IMG/VR virus record: IMGVR_UViG_3300005526_000008
Coordinates: 1 to 64,000 of that record
DNA length: 64,000 nt
Direction: 5' to 3' (one strand)
Origin: an uncultured virus (IMG/VR IMGVR_UViG_3300005526_000008)
Taxonomy: Duplodnaviria > Heunggongvirae > Uroviricota > Caudoviricetes
Position numbers and translations under genes: made by a program. The notes under the pieces were generated by a model, which was not told where the DNA came from, did not search any database, and worked only from the letters and a program-made list of their open reading frames with translations. Shown here in pieces: positions 1 through 9,266 of the stretch; the stretch's first letter is position 1; every line of letters starts with the position of its first letter.

Positions 1-158
1 CCCGGAGCGAAAGTCGTGACACCCGAGGCCGCGACGAGCCGCCCCGCCGTCCCGCCACCAACGGCAGCGGCCGCGACCCCTACGAGGATCGTGGCGGGCG
101 TGGCCGCACCGGTCAGCCGCCGCCGCGCGAAGACCTGGACGATGAAATTCCGTTCTAG
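1..158 (+). CDS. 3' end of single-stranded DNA-binding (SSB-like) protein, truncated by window edge
   Basis: Frame starting at base 3 reads ...RGGRGRTGQPPPREDLDDEIPF* (TAG 156-158), the acidic SSB C-terminal tail after a Gly/Pro/Arg linker. Not in the ORF track. Confidence 0.75.
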   Translation, partial: RSESRDTRGRDEPPRRPATNGSGRDPYEDRGGRGRTGQPPPREDLDDEIPF

Positions 159-175
159 CAACGATAATTACCGGC

Positions 176-562
176 ATGGCACGGCAGCCGTCGTACCAGG
201 ATGTCCTGCCAATCCGCGACCTGGTCACGGAAGAGGAAGCCTGGGAAGCAAAGCAGTGGCTCGATACCATCGCCGACGAATGGGCGGAGGCGATGGCCGA
301 CCACAGCCGTGCCCAGTCCCGGATAAAGATGGCCGAGGCGGCCGGGATAATGGTTTCATCGGAAAAGAGCGCCATCCGCCAGCAGGCCGACGCACGCACC
401 ACGCCGCACTACGTTCGCGCCGTGGAGGCGGCCTATGTCGCGGAAAAGCGGCGCGAGAAACTCTTTGTCCAGCGCGCCGCGAAAGACCTCATCTGCCGGC
501 TTTTCCAGACCATCCGTGCCGACAAGCGTGAGCGCGGCATCCCCGATCAGGAAAGGAGATGA
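176..562 (+). CDS. hypothetical helical phage protein
   Basis: 128-aa ORF directly after the SSB-like gene and abutting the next ORF. Confidence 0.65.
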   Translation: MARQPSYQDVLPIRDLVTEEEAWEAKQWLDTIADEWAEAMADHSRAQSRIKMAEAAGIMVSSEKSAIRQQADARTTPHYVRAVEAAYVAEKRREKLFVQRAAKDLICRLFQTIRADKRERGIPDQERR

Positions 563-563
563 C

Positions 564-1214
564 ATGAAAGAGTATTCGTTCAACGACGATGCCGGCGATT
601 TCCTGCTTGCCCAACTCGCTAAGTCGGGATCCTCGACGAAGCTCAGGCAAGCCGCCCGGACCGCAGGCCACCAACTGGAACTGCTGAAGCCGTCGGTCAT
701 GGGGATGACCCGCGACGGTTTCTATGGCGGCCCGGCGGCGATGGTGCCGGTGGATGCGATGGTCGTCATGCTTGCGCGCGGCAAGAAGGTCGCGACCATC
801 CAAATGATGGCCAACGTGCCGGTGGCAGAGTTGTTCGCGGACATGCGCGAGGCTTCACGGGAACTGTTTCCGGACACCGGGACAGACCCGGAGGCATGGA
901 TGAAACGGATGCCGCCGGCGATGCATTTCATCATCGACCAGATCGGCTCTGTACCAGGGACAAACTCACCGAAGGGAAGCGACAATGCCATCCATGCAGC
1001 ACTTGGCACGCTGCTGAATGTATTGGGTGACGAGAGGGTGGGATGGGTTGCCGACTGGGTGCAGCGGTGTAGCGAAGCAACCATCTGTCCTGCGCTGATC
1101 GGCATGATCGGCCGGGCAAGCAGCGGAACCCCCGGCCTGTGCAGCGTGGCGTGGCCGATGACGCTTCCCTTGGCGCGATACGTCGATGCCGTGATGCCAG
1201 CAGAGGGAGACTGA
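564..1214 (+). CDS. hypothetical protein
   Basis: ATG 564 preceded by GAAAGGAG; start MKEYSF. Confidence 0.65.
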   Translation: MKEYSFNDDAGDFLLAQLAKSGSSTKLRQAARTAGHQLELLKPSVMGMTRDGFYGGPAAMVPVDAMVVMLARGKKVATIQMMANVPVAELFADMREASRELFPDTGTDPEAWMKRMPPAMHFIIDQIGSVPGTNSPKGSDNAIHAALGTLLNVLGDERVGWVADWVQRCSEATICPALIGMIGRASSGTPGLCSVAWPMTLPLARYVDAVMPAEGD

Positions 1215-1217
1215 CCG

Positions 1218-1418
1218 ATGGGATGGAACGATCATGTGGAGTTCATCGAAACCGAATGCCTCGACTGCGGCGAGATCGACACCTGGGAATACTGGGACGA
1301 CGTCGCCAAGCAGCGCTACGTCGGGGCGATCGGTGAGATGATCGGCCGCGACGTGAATAAGTCCGGCCACTGCCCGCATTGCGGCTCCCCCAAAGGAGAG
1401 CTCGTCGATGACGAATGA
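1218..1418 (+). CDS. small zinc-ribbon protein
   Basis: CLDC and CPHC pairs; GAGGGAG ribosome-binding site. Confidence 0.65.
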   Translation: MGWNDHVEFIETECLDCGEIDTWEYWDDVAKQRYVGAIGEMIGRDVNKSGHCPHCGSPKGELVDDE

Positions 1419-1635
1419 GCGGAACTGGATGGTCTATTGCGGAACCCTGCTCAACACGAGCAGCGGCGGTGGTGGACTGGAATTCTTCGGCCCGTTCACC
1501 GAGGCCGAGGCAACCACGGTCAGGGCAACGTTCGCCAAGAGCATGATGGCCGGCAGAAACCGCCACGTCGCGGGGACGTTTATGTGCGAGGCAATCCAGT
1601 TGCTGCGGGTGCCCGGGTATGGGGAGAAGAAATAA
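1408..1635 (+). CDS. hypothetical protein
   Basis: 75-aa ORF tightly packed between neighbours. Confidence 0.55.
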   Translation: MTNERNWMVYCGTLLNTSSGGGGLEFFGPFTEAEATTVRATFAKSMMAGRNRHVAGTFMCEAIQLLRVPGYGEKK

Positions 1636-1836
1636 ATGGCACAGCACACCACGCCCGAGGAATGGCTGAAGCACCTGCAGAACCCGGCAATCAACGACAT
1701 CAAGCTCGCCAACTTCGTGCTGACCGACCTCGTGCACTACCAGCCTGACGGCCGCTTCAAGAGCGAGGACATCGCCAAGCTGCTGGCGCTGTTCACCGCG
1801 CTCCGCTTGCATGAAATGAACCGGACGGAGAGCTAG
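1636..1836 (+). CDS. hypothetical protein
   Basis: Starts immediately after upstream TAA; GGGGAG upstream; high GC3. Confidence 0.6.
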   Translation: MAQHTTPEEWLKHLQNPAINDIKLANFVLTDLVHYQPDGRFKSEDIAKLLALFTALRLHEMNRTES

Positions 1837-1838
1837 CC

Positions 1839-2189
1839 GTGCCGTGCTTTGATTGCATCTGGTATCAGCGGCCGCACCCGAGCGAGACCGGGCCGCGCCG
1901 CCAGTCCGGCATCTGCCGCAACGACAACCGCATTGTCCACGCCAACTACCAGTGCATCACCTGGCGCCAGAAGGTGGTCGAGCACGACGAGGTCGGCCTG
2001 ACCAAGGCCGAGGTCGTCTGGGCCCGCGGCAACCGCGAGGATCGCCACATCAAGGCGCTGAATCACTTGTTCCGCCGCATCGAGTTCCAGCCCAATGACG
2101 ACGCCCTGCGCCGCGAATTCGCCGAAGCGCTGGCGAAGTGGCGCAACCACCGTGCCAATTTCGGGATTTCCCTGAACCACACCAAATAG
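1839..2189 (+). CDS. hypothetical protein with Cys-rich N-terminus
   Basis: CFDC...C...C; GGAGAG before GTG. Confidence 0.55.
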   Translation: MPCFDCIWYQRPHPSETGPRRQSGICRNDNRIVHANYQCITWRQKVVEHDEVGLTKAEVVWARGNREDRHIKALNHLFRRIEFQPNDDALRREFAEALAKWRNHRANFGISLNHTK

Positions 2190-2196
2190 GCGCCGC

Positions 2197-2721
2197 GTGA
2201 GCGCGGCCGCCCCGCCGGAAGAAACCATGCGCGCCGGCGGGCGCGGCAAGTGGTCGGACCCCGGCGTGCCGCACAAGGGCTGGACCTGCGTCGACATCGT
2301 AGATCTCGGCGCGCCCATCGAGACCTGCGAGATGTGCGAGACCATGCAGATCCGCTACGTCCACTACATGCGCCATCCCGAGTATCCCACGGACCTGGGA
2401 TGTGGCTGCATCTGCGCCGGGCACATGGAAGAGGACTACGTCGCGGCGCGCGAGCGCGAGCACAGGGTGCGGCTCGCCGGCGACAAGCGCGACCGCTGGA
2501 CGCGATCGCCGCGCTGGTGGCTCTCGCAGGCCGGCAACCCGTGCTGCGACAGAGAGCAATACCTCGTCGTAGTCTTCGCCAAGACCGGCGGGTGGGGGTT
2601 CCAGGTCATCAACCGGCTCAAGGACATCAAGACCACGGCGCGCAAGCTCTACCCCACCGTGGTCGCGGCCAAGCGGGCCTCGTTCGATGCCATCCTGTGG
2701 TGTAGCGAACATCATAGATGA
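2197..2721 (+). CDS. hypothetical Zn-binding protein
   Basis: CEMC...H...GCICAGHM motif; start may be ATG 2227. Confidence 0.6.
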   Translation: MSAAAPPEETMRAGGRGKWSDPGVPHKGWTCVDIVDLGAPIETCEMCETMQIRYVHYMRHPEYPTDLGCGCICAGHMEEDYVAAREREHRVRLAGDKRDRWTRSPRWWLSQAGNPCCDREQYLVVVFAKTGGWGFQVINRLKDIKTTARKLYPTVVAAKRASFDAILWCSEHHR

Positions 2722-2735
2722 TGCTACGGAACGAT

Positions 2736-2764
2736 CTTGCCCGGTCCACCATGAAGGACCATAT
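2736..2764 (+). promoter_or_regulatory. sigma70-type promoter, alphaproteobacterial form
   Basis: CTTGCC (2736-2741), 17 nt, CCATAT (2759-2764) in an intergenic gap; one mismatch per box to CTTGAC-N17-CTATAT. Confidence 0.6.
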
Positions 2765-2841
2765 ATAGGGGTATTGCCTCGCGGCCCCATAACGGGACCC
2801 CGCCAGTGAACCCGTCTGTTCCACGGGGGAAAGGTAATCCC

Positions 2842-3165
2842 ATGACAACCGATGTCAAACCCCGCATCCAGATATTCGGCCCCGCCGTGCTGGATGCACT
2901 CCTCAAACAGAACTCCGATCCCGCGCCCAGGCAAGCCCTGGCCGACGGGATTTTCCGGCTCCTGCTCCTGCAGGCGTCATACATAGCGAACCGCCCGCAC
3001 CGGGTAGGTTCCATCTATCTCATCGCTCCCATGAGCGATCGGGATCAAACCGAACTTTCCTGGAACATCCAGGACAACCCAAACCTCGGTGGCTTCGGCG
3101 GACAGCACGTCCTCAACGGCGGGCTTGTCAAGCACGAAGACGGCTACTGGGGAATTCACACATGA
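2842..3165 (+). CDS. hypothetical protein
   Basis: ATG 2842 after GGAAAGG; first gene after the promoter. Confidence 0.6.
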   Translation: MTTDVKPRIQIFGPAVLDALLKQNSDPAPRQALADGIFRLLLLQASYIANRPHRVGSIYLIAPMSDRDQTELSWNIQDNPNLGGFGGQHVLNGGLVKHEDGYWGIHT

Positions 3166-3413
3166 CCGACTGGAACGATCCCGAAGACCGCGCCCGCCTC
3201 ATCGAGAGCATCGGTGCGGAGGCATACAACAGGGTGTTCGAACGCATGCGCCGCCAGATCGTCGTTTCGACGGTGAACGGCCATGCCATCTTTCCAGTCC
3301 AGCATACCCGTTTCGGCCGCCTGTTCCAGGTCAACAACACCGACAGAGCGTTTTCGACCCAGGCCGAGGCCGAAGCGTTTGCCAATGAAATACCGAAAGG
3401 AAACGACCAATGA
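3162..3413 (+). CDS. hypothetical protein
   Basis: ATGA overlaps at both ends. Confidence 0.6.
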   Translation: MTDWNDPEDRARLIESIGAEAYNRVFERMRRQIVVSTVNGHAIFPVQHTRFGRLFQVNNTDRAFSTQAEAEAFANEIPKGNDQ

Positions 3414-3772
3414 AACTGACATTCCCGCGCAAGGAGGTGGAGCAACTGCTCCAGATCCTCCGCGACGCGAAGATGCCTGTGGTTCAACTGGTCGGCGATG
3501 ATGGCATCTATCTGGTGACATCCGCGGCCAGCAACAAAGGCAAGCCCTTTGTTGTCCACAGCAAGCAATGCAACTCATCCAAGATGGCGTTCGACGAGTG
3601 GTGGGACGCCAAGCGCGCGATTTTCGGCGGCGACGACGGGGTTGAGAAGATCCCGCTGCGCGACGTCGAGGCCGCCCTGGCCACCTATCCGCCGGGCCGC
3701 GACCTCGAGTTCGACATGAGCCCGAATTCGTTCGCCATGATTTCATTCGTGAAAAAAGGAGTTAAGTCATGA
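3410..3772 (+). CDS. DUF3085-like protein
   Basis: LVGDDGIYL and GGDDGVE motifs; GAAAGGA site; ATGA overlap. Confidence 0.65.
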   Translation: MKLTFPRKEVEQLLQILRDAKMPVVQLVGDDGIYLVTSAASNKGKPFVVHSKQCNSSKMAFDEWWDAKRAIFGGDDGVEKIPLRDVEAALATYPPGRDLEFDMSPNSFAMISFVKKGVKS

Positions 3773-4206
3773 TCACCAAATTCGACAAGGACACCTGCCG
3801 CCTGCTGGGCGATGCAACCCAGCAAGCTCTCACCGAACTGGCTGCCAAGCACGGCCTCAAGGTCGTGGCCGGCGGCGGCACGTTCGAACCGGCGAGCTTC
3901 AACATGAAGGTGAGGTTCTCGCTGTCGGCAGACAATCCAAATACGGCAGCGGCCGAACGCGAGATGTTCAACCGCTACTGCAACTTCTACGGCCTCAGGC
4001 CGGAACACTACGGGACCTTCATCCCGACCGCCAAATACGGTCCGGTGCAGTTGATCGGGTTCAACCTCGGTCGCTCCCGGTTCAAGATCAAGGTGCGGCT
4101 GCCAAGCGGTAAGCTTGTGGCTTTCGACCAAACGCTTATCAGCAAACTCAAGACCCCTGGCACGCTCACCGAGACCAGCTCGCCCTTCGAGGAGGGCCAA
4201 TCATGA
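3769..4206 (+). CDS. hypothetical phage protein
   Basis: AAAGGAG site; ATGA overlap. Confidence 0.65.
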   Translation: MITKFDKDTCRLLGDATQQALTELAAKHGLKVVAGGGTFEPASFNMKVRFSLSADNPNTAAAEREMFNRYCNFYGLRPEHYGTFIPTAKYGPVQLIGFNLGRSRFKIKVRLPSGKLVAFDQTLISKLKTPGTLTETSSPFEEGQS

Positions 4207-4508
4207 GGGGCCAGGACGGCGACGAGGACACCCGCCGCAAGGCGGACCGTCGCGTGCTGCTCCGGTCGCTCAGGTTGCGCAAACTCTTCGGCGCGTCGCG
4301 GTTCAACGACACCTTCACCGATGTCGAACTCGATGCCCAGACGGCTTTCGTCTGCTGGAACATCGTGGTGAGCGTCATCGACTGCGTGATGGACGCCCGC
4401 GGCGGCTGCGACGAGCAGGCGCTGCAACTCGAAGGCCACAAGGTCGAGGAACTGCTGGAATACGTCGCGGCCTACCTCGACCCCACCAAGCGAAAGGAGA
4501 TCACCTGA
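4203..4508 (+). CDS. hypothetical protein
   Basis: GGAGGAGG site; ATGA overlap. Confidence 0.55.
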   Translation: MRGQDGDEDTRRKADRRVLLRSLRLRKLFGASRFNDTFTDVELDAQTAFVCWNIVVSVIDCVMDARGGCDEQALQLEGHKVEELLEYVAAYLDPTKRKEIT

Positions 4509-4744
4509 TGAAGATCACCCGCACTTCCATGTTCTCGGGCCAGGTCCACACCATGGACCTGCCGATCACTCTGCAACAGCTCGTCCGCTACGAAAACGGC
4601 GCGCTGGTGCAGGACGCGTTCCCCGACCTCAACGGGTCGGAGCGGGAATTCATAATGACCGGCGTCACTCCGGAGGAATGGCACAAATACATGGTGCTGC
4701 CGGAGGACAACGATCATGAGCCGTTCGGCTTGGATGGCTCGTGA
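4508..4744 (+). CDS. small hypothetical phage protein
   Basis: TGATG overlap, AAAGGAG site; MKITRTSMFSG...VQDAFPDL...EREFIMTG. Confidence 0.65.
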   Translation: MKITRTSMFSGQVHTMDLPITLQQLVRYENGALVQDAFPDLNGSEREFIMTGVTPEEWHKYMVLPEDNDHEPFGLDGS

Positions 4745-5025
4745 TGACGTTCGATCAGTTTCGCGCCTCGGGCGTCGATTGCGACGACCTGGGCGCCGCC
4801 CTGAACGATGCAATGTGGGACAAACCCGCCAAAGGCCGGATCTATCACGATAGCTACTGGATAGAACGCCGGCCCGAAACCGGGTGGGTCAACCAAAGCC
4901 CGGAGGAATGGTACCTCCTGCTCGAACGTTCTGACTTCCTCAGCGACAACCTCTCCGAACTCGAATGCCGCCTTTATCTCTACGTGATCGAGAGCGGCGG
5001 CTTCGATGACGACGAGGTGCCCTGA
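4741..5025 (+). CDS. hypothetical protein
   Basis: GTGA overlap with the upstream stop. Confidence 0.55.
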   Translation: MMTFDQFRASGVDCDDLGAALNDAMWDKPAKGRIYHDSYWIERRPETGWVNQSPEEWYLLLERSDFLSDNLSELECRLYLYVIESGGFDDDEVP

Positions 5026-5026
5026 G

Positions 5027-5302
5027 ATGTTTTGCATCATCGTGCAAAACGCCTTCGCGCGTCCCTATCGGTTCTACACCACCCGGGACGCGGCCTTACG
5101 CGCAGCACAGCGCGTTGTTCGGCGGCACAAGTATCCGGTGCACGTCGCTTGGTGCAAGCCGGGCTACGGCCCACCCAATCCGAAGGTTTGGATGGCTTTT
5201 GTGAGCCCGGAAACTGGCACTTACCGCACGGACTACTGGTCCAGCAGCGACAAATTCGACTGCTGGTTTAACGATAACAAGAAGGAAACATCCAATGCGT
5301 AA
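5027..5302 (+). CDS. hypothetical protein
   Basis: ATG 5027 after GAGGTG. Confidence 0.5.
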   Translation: MFCIIVQNAFARPYRFYTTRDAALRAAQRVVRRHKYPVHVAWCKPGYGPPNPKVWMAFVSPETGTYRTDYWSSSDKFDCWFNDNKKETSNA

Positions 5303-5609
5303 AGTCATCGACGGCATGTTGTACGACACCGACAAATCAAAGGAGGTGTGCGACATCGGCCGCCGCGGTTTCTCCCGCAACGATTTCGAGTGGGAGGATA
5401 CCCAACTCTGGCTCACCCCTCGCGGCATGTATTTCATTGCCGGCGAAGGTGGAGCGAGATCTCGCTGGGCCGAACGGCTCGGCCAGAACGGCTGTGGACC
5501 CGGTGAAGGCCTCGAGGCCATCACTATCGACGAAGCCAAGCAGCTCGTCGAGAAACACAGCACCGTGGAAGTCTACATTGCCTGCTTCGGCGAACCGGAG
5601 GAGGCATGA
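5295..5609 (+). CDS. hypothetical phage protein
   Basis: AAGGA site; MRKVIDGMLYDTDK...GMYFIAGEGGARSRW. Confidence 0.65.
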   Translation: MRKVIDGMLYDTDKSKEVCDIGRRGFSRNDFEWEDTQLWLTPRGMYFIAGEGGARSRWAERLGQNGCGPGEGLEAITIDEAKQLVEKHSTVEVYIACFGEPEEA

Positions 5610-5878
5610 TGGCCGTCTACAGGGTAACCCTGGTGGACGGCTCGATCTTCCTCATGTCAGGCAACATGGAGCAGGCTTCGGCCGGCATCCAGGTGAACTG
5701 GCACGACACCGCCTACGATCGTTCCGGCGGCTGGCAAAGCACCCCGTATCAAACCGCGGATGCGCGCCATAGCCCGTACGACGCGGCCCAGTTGGTCGCG
5801 GAGTATTTCAAGTCCGGGCCCGACGATTGCGAGGAGGTCGAAGACGTCGAGAAGATCGACGTGGAGAAAGACCTATGA
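5606..5878 (+). CDS. hypothetical protein
   Basis: GGAGGAGG site; ATGA overlap. Confidence 0.6.
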   Translation: MMAVYRVTLVDGSIFLMSGNMEQASAGIQVNWHDTAYDRSGGWQSTPYQTADARHSPYDAAQLVAEYFKSGPDDCEEVEDVEKIDVEKDL

Positions 5879-6210
5879 GCTGGTTCGGCCTGCGGCCCCC
5901 GCAAGGGACCAAGACGGCCGCACAATGGGGCTGTCGCGCCATTCTTACCGGGCGCGGCCGCGACCAGTTCATCGACATCCTGTTCGATCGCCAGCAGGGG
6001 GAGCCAGCAGGTGCCATCCCGCTGCCGTTCCAGGACTGGATGCAGGGACGCTTCAACAAATGGATCGCAGCCAACTGCGACCAGAAATGGATCGACCCGA
6101 CTGGCGGCGAGACGTTCAAGCTCGACGACGGCATGTTCCACGCCGTCGCCTGCTGTAACCGCTCGCACGGCTACCTCTACGTCTGCGCCTGGATGGATCA
6201 CGTATTCTGA
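5875..6210 (+). CDS. hypothetical protein
   Basis: ATGA overlap at 5875; GGAG site. Confidence 0.6.
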   Translation: MSWFGLRPPQGTKTAAQWGCRAILTGRGRDQFIDILFDRQQGEPAGAIPLPFQDWMQGRFNKWIAANCDQKWIDPTGGETFKLDDGMFHAVACCNRSHGYLYVCAWMDHVF

Positions 6211-6217
6211 AAGGCCT

Positions 6218-6250
6218 GCGCGGTCGGGCTCACACCCCGGCCGCGCTTTT
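6218..6250 (+). terminator. probable intrinsic terminator
   Basis: GCGCGGTCGGG/CCCGGCCGCGC stem followed by TTTT, right after a stop codon. Confidence 0.55.
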
Positions 6251-6269
6251 CCATTTCTAAAGGAAAAAT

Positions 6270-6701
6270 ATGATGAAAACCATGCACGCGGGCCGCGGGC
6301 ATAACCGCCCCCCGCCAAAGCGATCGCACGAGCTCGCGCTGGAAAGCGCGCCCGTGCAACTGATGATGGCGGAGATGGCTATGCTTCGCAGCTCCGCCAT
6401 CCGCGAATGCAACGATCACATCTTCCAATACGTCAAATCAGCCCCGTGGGAATTCTTCCCATCGCGGCTGCGTAAGTCGCCGACCAAGAGGGCCGTACTG
6501 ATCCGGATATTCCACGCCACGTGGAAACCCGCGATCCAGACCCGCTTGGGACAGATCCGATACATCAACCGCAAGCTCGCCCGCTGCTGCGCCAACTGGC
6601 GCCTGCGGAGCGACACCGAACTCGTCGAGCCGCCGCTCTACGACGGCTACGATATCGGGGTTTATGACAGTGCTCGTTTCCAATGGAGGACTGGCCGATG
6701 A
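6270..6701 (+). CDS. hypothetical basic protein
   Basis: AAAGGA site; 143 aa. Confidence 0.55.
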   Translation: MMKTMHAGRGHNRPPPKRSHELALESAPVQLMMAEMAMLRSSAIRECNDHIFQYVKSAPWEFFPSRLRKSPTKRAVLIRIFHATWKPAIQTRLGQIRYINRKLARCCANWRLRSDTELVEPPLYDGYDIGVYDSARFQWRTGR

Positions 6702-6931
6702 ACTTCGACCCGCGGTTCGAAATCCACGACAGCACAGGTAAGTGCATTGGCCGTCGCCTTGTCGACCGCAATGCGGCGCGCGATGCCGCGGCCAATGCCA
6801 GCCACGACGTCAAGCACTACGTCACCCTGTGGTGGATCAACGATGACGGCTGCCCGGCCCATCTGCTGGGCCATGCCGCCCGGGGCACGTTCCGTGCCCG
6901 CCCCTGCATGGAGGCCCAGACATGGCGATAA
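6698..6931 (+). CDS. hypothetical protein
   Basis: GGAGGA site; ATGA overlap. Confidence 0.55.
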   Translation: MNFDPRFEIHDSTGKCIGRRLVDRNAARDAAANASHDVKHYVTLWWINDDGCPAHLLGHAARGTFRARPCMEAQTWR

Positions 6932-7182
6932 TCTTCGGTGACCCGCCCTATGCTGGTCTCTATTTCGATAGCACGATGCTCGAGGATTTCATCGCGGCCG
7001 GGATCTTGATGGTCGAGGACAAAGTACCTCCGGTCCCGCTGGACTGGCCGCTGATCGACTGGGTCAGGCAGCACGTCGACGAGGTCGCCTTCCGCCACGC
7101 CGTCGAGCGCGGCCGCAAGATGACCCCGGCCGAACGTGGCCAGTATCTGACCAAGGCGCTGGATGATAAGTGCGATGGCTAG
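6922..7182 (+). CDS. hypothetical protein
   Basis: GGAGG site. Confidence 0.55.
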   Translation: MAIIFGDPPYAGLYFDSTMLEDFIAAGILMVEDKVPPVPLDWPLIDWVRQHVDEVAFRHAVERGRKMTPAERGQYLTKALDDKCDG

Positions 7183-7378
7183 TGTCATCGTGTTTCGCCA
7201 TCCAACCACCAAGATCACCTACGAGGTCTTCTTCCGCGACGGCGAGGCCGAAGCTGTGGCCCGTCACCGGCGCGGCAGAAAGCCGATCGACGTCTGGTGG
7301 AACATGCGCGGGGAGCCCAGCTCTCACGTTTTGAAAATCATCGACCTGGCTATCAACATCCGCAACGCGCGGAAATGA
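7175..7378 (+). CDS. hypothetical protein
   Basis: Last ORF before the terminator. Confidence 0.5.
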   Translation: MASVIVFRHPTTKITYEVFFRDGEAEAVARHRRGRKPIDVWWNMRGEPSSHVLKIIDLAINIRNARK

Positions 7379-7381
7379 CAT

Positions 7382-7419
7382 AACCCCCCTGGCACACGCC
7401 GGGGGGGTTTTTCGTTTTT
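7382..7419 (+). terminator. intrinsic terminator ending the small-gene operon
   Basis: AACCCCCCTGGC-ACAC-GCCGGGGGGGTT stem then TTTCGTTTTT. Confidence 0.8.
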
Positions 7420-7461
7420 CCGTCACAGTGCCATGTCATGCTGTGGAAGGAGGACATGGAG

Positions 7462-7869
7462 ATGCTGAAAGTATTCGCTTTCTTGCTCGTCGCGGCCCTT
7501 GGCATCAACCCCGCGCTGGCCCGCGGCGACCATGGCGGCCACGGCGGCTGGGGTGGTGGCGGCAACTGGGGCCATGGCGGTGGCTGGAACCGCGGCGGAT
7601 CCTGGGGCGGCGGCGGCAACTGGGGCTATCGCGGCGGCGGGGTCGGGTTCTACCCCTTGCCCGTCCCGGTCTGGCGCCCGCCGGCCGTGACCTTCTACGT
7701 TTCCCCGGTGCCGACCTACTACGCGCCGCCGCCGGTCTACTACGCGCCGCCGCGCTATATCGACTATCCGCTGCAGACGCCGGTCGAGCCGGCGCCGCCG
7801 CCGGTGATAACGCGACCATCTAACCCGTGCTGCTGCTTCTGCAGCGGCGGTGTCGCCTATCGCTACTAG
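7462..7869 (+). CDS. exported Gly/Trp-rich then Pro/Tyr-rich protein
   Basis: AGGAGG site; signal peptide MLKVFAFLLVAALGINPALA; GGGGNWG repeats; YYAPPP repeats; CCCFC near C-terminus. Confidence 0.7.
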   Translation: MLKVFAFLLVAALGINPALARGDHGGHGGWGGGGNWGHGGGWNRGGSWGGGGNWGYRGGGVGFYPLPVPVWRPPAVTFYVSPVPTYYAPPPVYYAPPRYIDYPLQTPVEPAPPPVITRPSNPCCCFCSGGVAYRY

Positions 7870-8567
7870 GACTGCACCACCCGCACCGTGATCCCCGGCG
7901 GGGCGATCACGCTGACCATGACGGTGACGAGTTTGTCCGGGTCATCCGGCACAGGGGGCGCCGGAACCGCCCGCCCGCCCGACCAGGCCGAGCGTAGCTC
8001 CTGCTCGCTCATCTGGGTGCTGTTGCAATCGACATTGCCCGAAACGCCGGGGGCGGCCCCGGTGTCGGTGAATTGCCACAGCATGTACTTGGGCCAGGTC
8101 GCCTTCGGCCATTCGGGCTGGCTCGCGTCGGTGTACTGGGCAATCCAGAGCTGATGATCGGCCAGCCAGGGGATGTGCTTTTCGCCCACGCCCTCCTTGA
8201 TCAGGTGGCCGCTGTAGATGACCGCCTTGCGCCCGGTCAGGCCCTCCACCGCCTGGAGAAATGCCTGCAAGTCGTTGAGGTCCATCTCATCGTCTTCGTA
8301 GTCGGCGCAGATCAGGTCGTTCGGTCCCGGCTTGGCCGCCTTGATGAACCATTCCGCCTGCTCCTGCTGGCTGCCGGGGCGCATGAAATGGTACGCCCCC
8401 CACAACAGCCCCGCCCGCATCGCCTCGTTGCGGCGCGACGTGTAGGTCTCGTCGACGTTGTAGTTGCCCTCACTTGCCTTGTGGATAATCCCGATAATCC
8501 CGGCGGCGCGGATCGCGCTCCACGATGCGACTTCGTTATGATGGGAAATATCCAAGACGTCGGTCAT
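7866..8567 (-). CDS. endolysin, GH25 muramidase
   Basis: DISHHN, KASEG, GAYHF, DYE, IYSG, LWIAQY and WQFT motifs of GH25. Confidence 0.9.
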   Translation of the reverse strand: MTDVLDISHHNEVASWSAIRAAGIIGIIHKASEGNYNVDETYTSRRNEAMRAGLLWGAYHFMRPGSQQEQAEWFIKAAKPGPNDLICADYEDDEMDLNDLQAFLQAVEGLTGRKAVIYSGHLIKEGVGEKHIPWLADHQLWIAQYTDASQPEWPKATWPKYMLWQFTDTGAAPGVSGNVDCNSTQMSEQELRSAWSGGRAVPAPPVPDDPDKLVTVMVSVIAPPGITVRVVQS

Positions 8568-8578
8568 GGCACAGTCTC

Positions 8579-9265
8579 CTATTGCAGCCGCAGGATGGCA
8601 TGGGTGGCGTCGGCGGTCGGCATGACGATTGTAAAGGTCCCGGCGGAGACGAGTTGGCGGCCGGCGAAATCGCCGAGATAGACCGCCCGGTTGGTCCCGG
8701 TCGTGTTGGTCCCCGACATTCCGCCCAGGCGGTTGTTGGTGTTGTAGATGATGCAGCCGTCACTATCGATCGTCGCCGTGGTCCAACTCACCGTCCCGCC
8801 GAACGAGACGAACGCGATGGTGCCCGTGAGCGTTGGGGCGACGTTGGTCAGCGGCAGCCCGCCCGCGGTGTAGCCGGTGCCGGTGACCTCGTCCGTGGCG
8901 CCGGTCACGTCGGAATAGTTGACCGTGGCGCCGCCATAGGTCCCGGTCGGGCTGTGGCGGATCAGCGCCACCTTGAAGACGTCGCCGGTGAACACCAGCG
9001 AGGTCGCGGAATGGGTGCCGATGGCATTCGGGTAGATCCGGATCGTCGTGGCCGAGACGATGTCGGTTACGATCGTCCCGGCCACGCAGTCGCCGTTGGT
9101 CTCCACGATCGTCATGCCGATGCTGATCCCGGCCATGCTGACGATGCCGTCGATGGTGTCGTTGCTGTGGGTGCTGCCGACCACGGTGACCGGGCCGCCG
9201 AAGCAATGCGCCCCGGCGAACAGTTCAGCCTTGAAGGTGCCCGGCATCGCGGTGGTGATCGCCAT
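8579..9265 (-). CDS. virion structural protein
   Basis: MAITTAMPGTFKAEL...FKVALI...EVTGTGYTAGG, a common phage structural signature; ATG 9265 after GGAGGA. Confidence 0.65.
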   Translation of the reverse strand: MAITTAMPGTFKAELFAGAHCFGGPVTVVGSTHSNDTIDGIVSMAGISIGMTIVETNGDCVAGTIVTDIVSATTIRIYPNAIGTHSATSLVFTGDVFKVALIRHSPTGTYGGATVNYSDVTGATDEVTGTGYTAGGLPLTNVAPTLTGTIAFVSFGGTVSWTTATIDSDGCIIYNTNNRLGGMSGTNTTGTNRAVYLGDFAGRQLVSAGTFTIVMPTADATHAILRLQ

Positions 9266-9266
9266 C

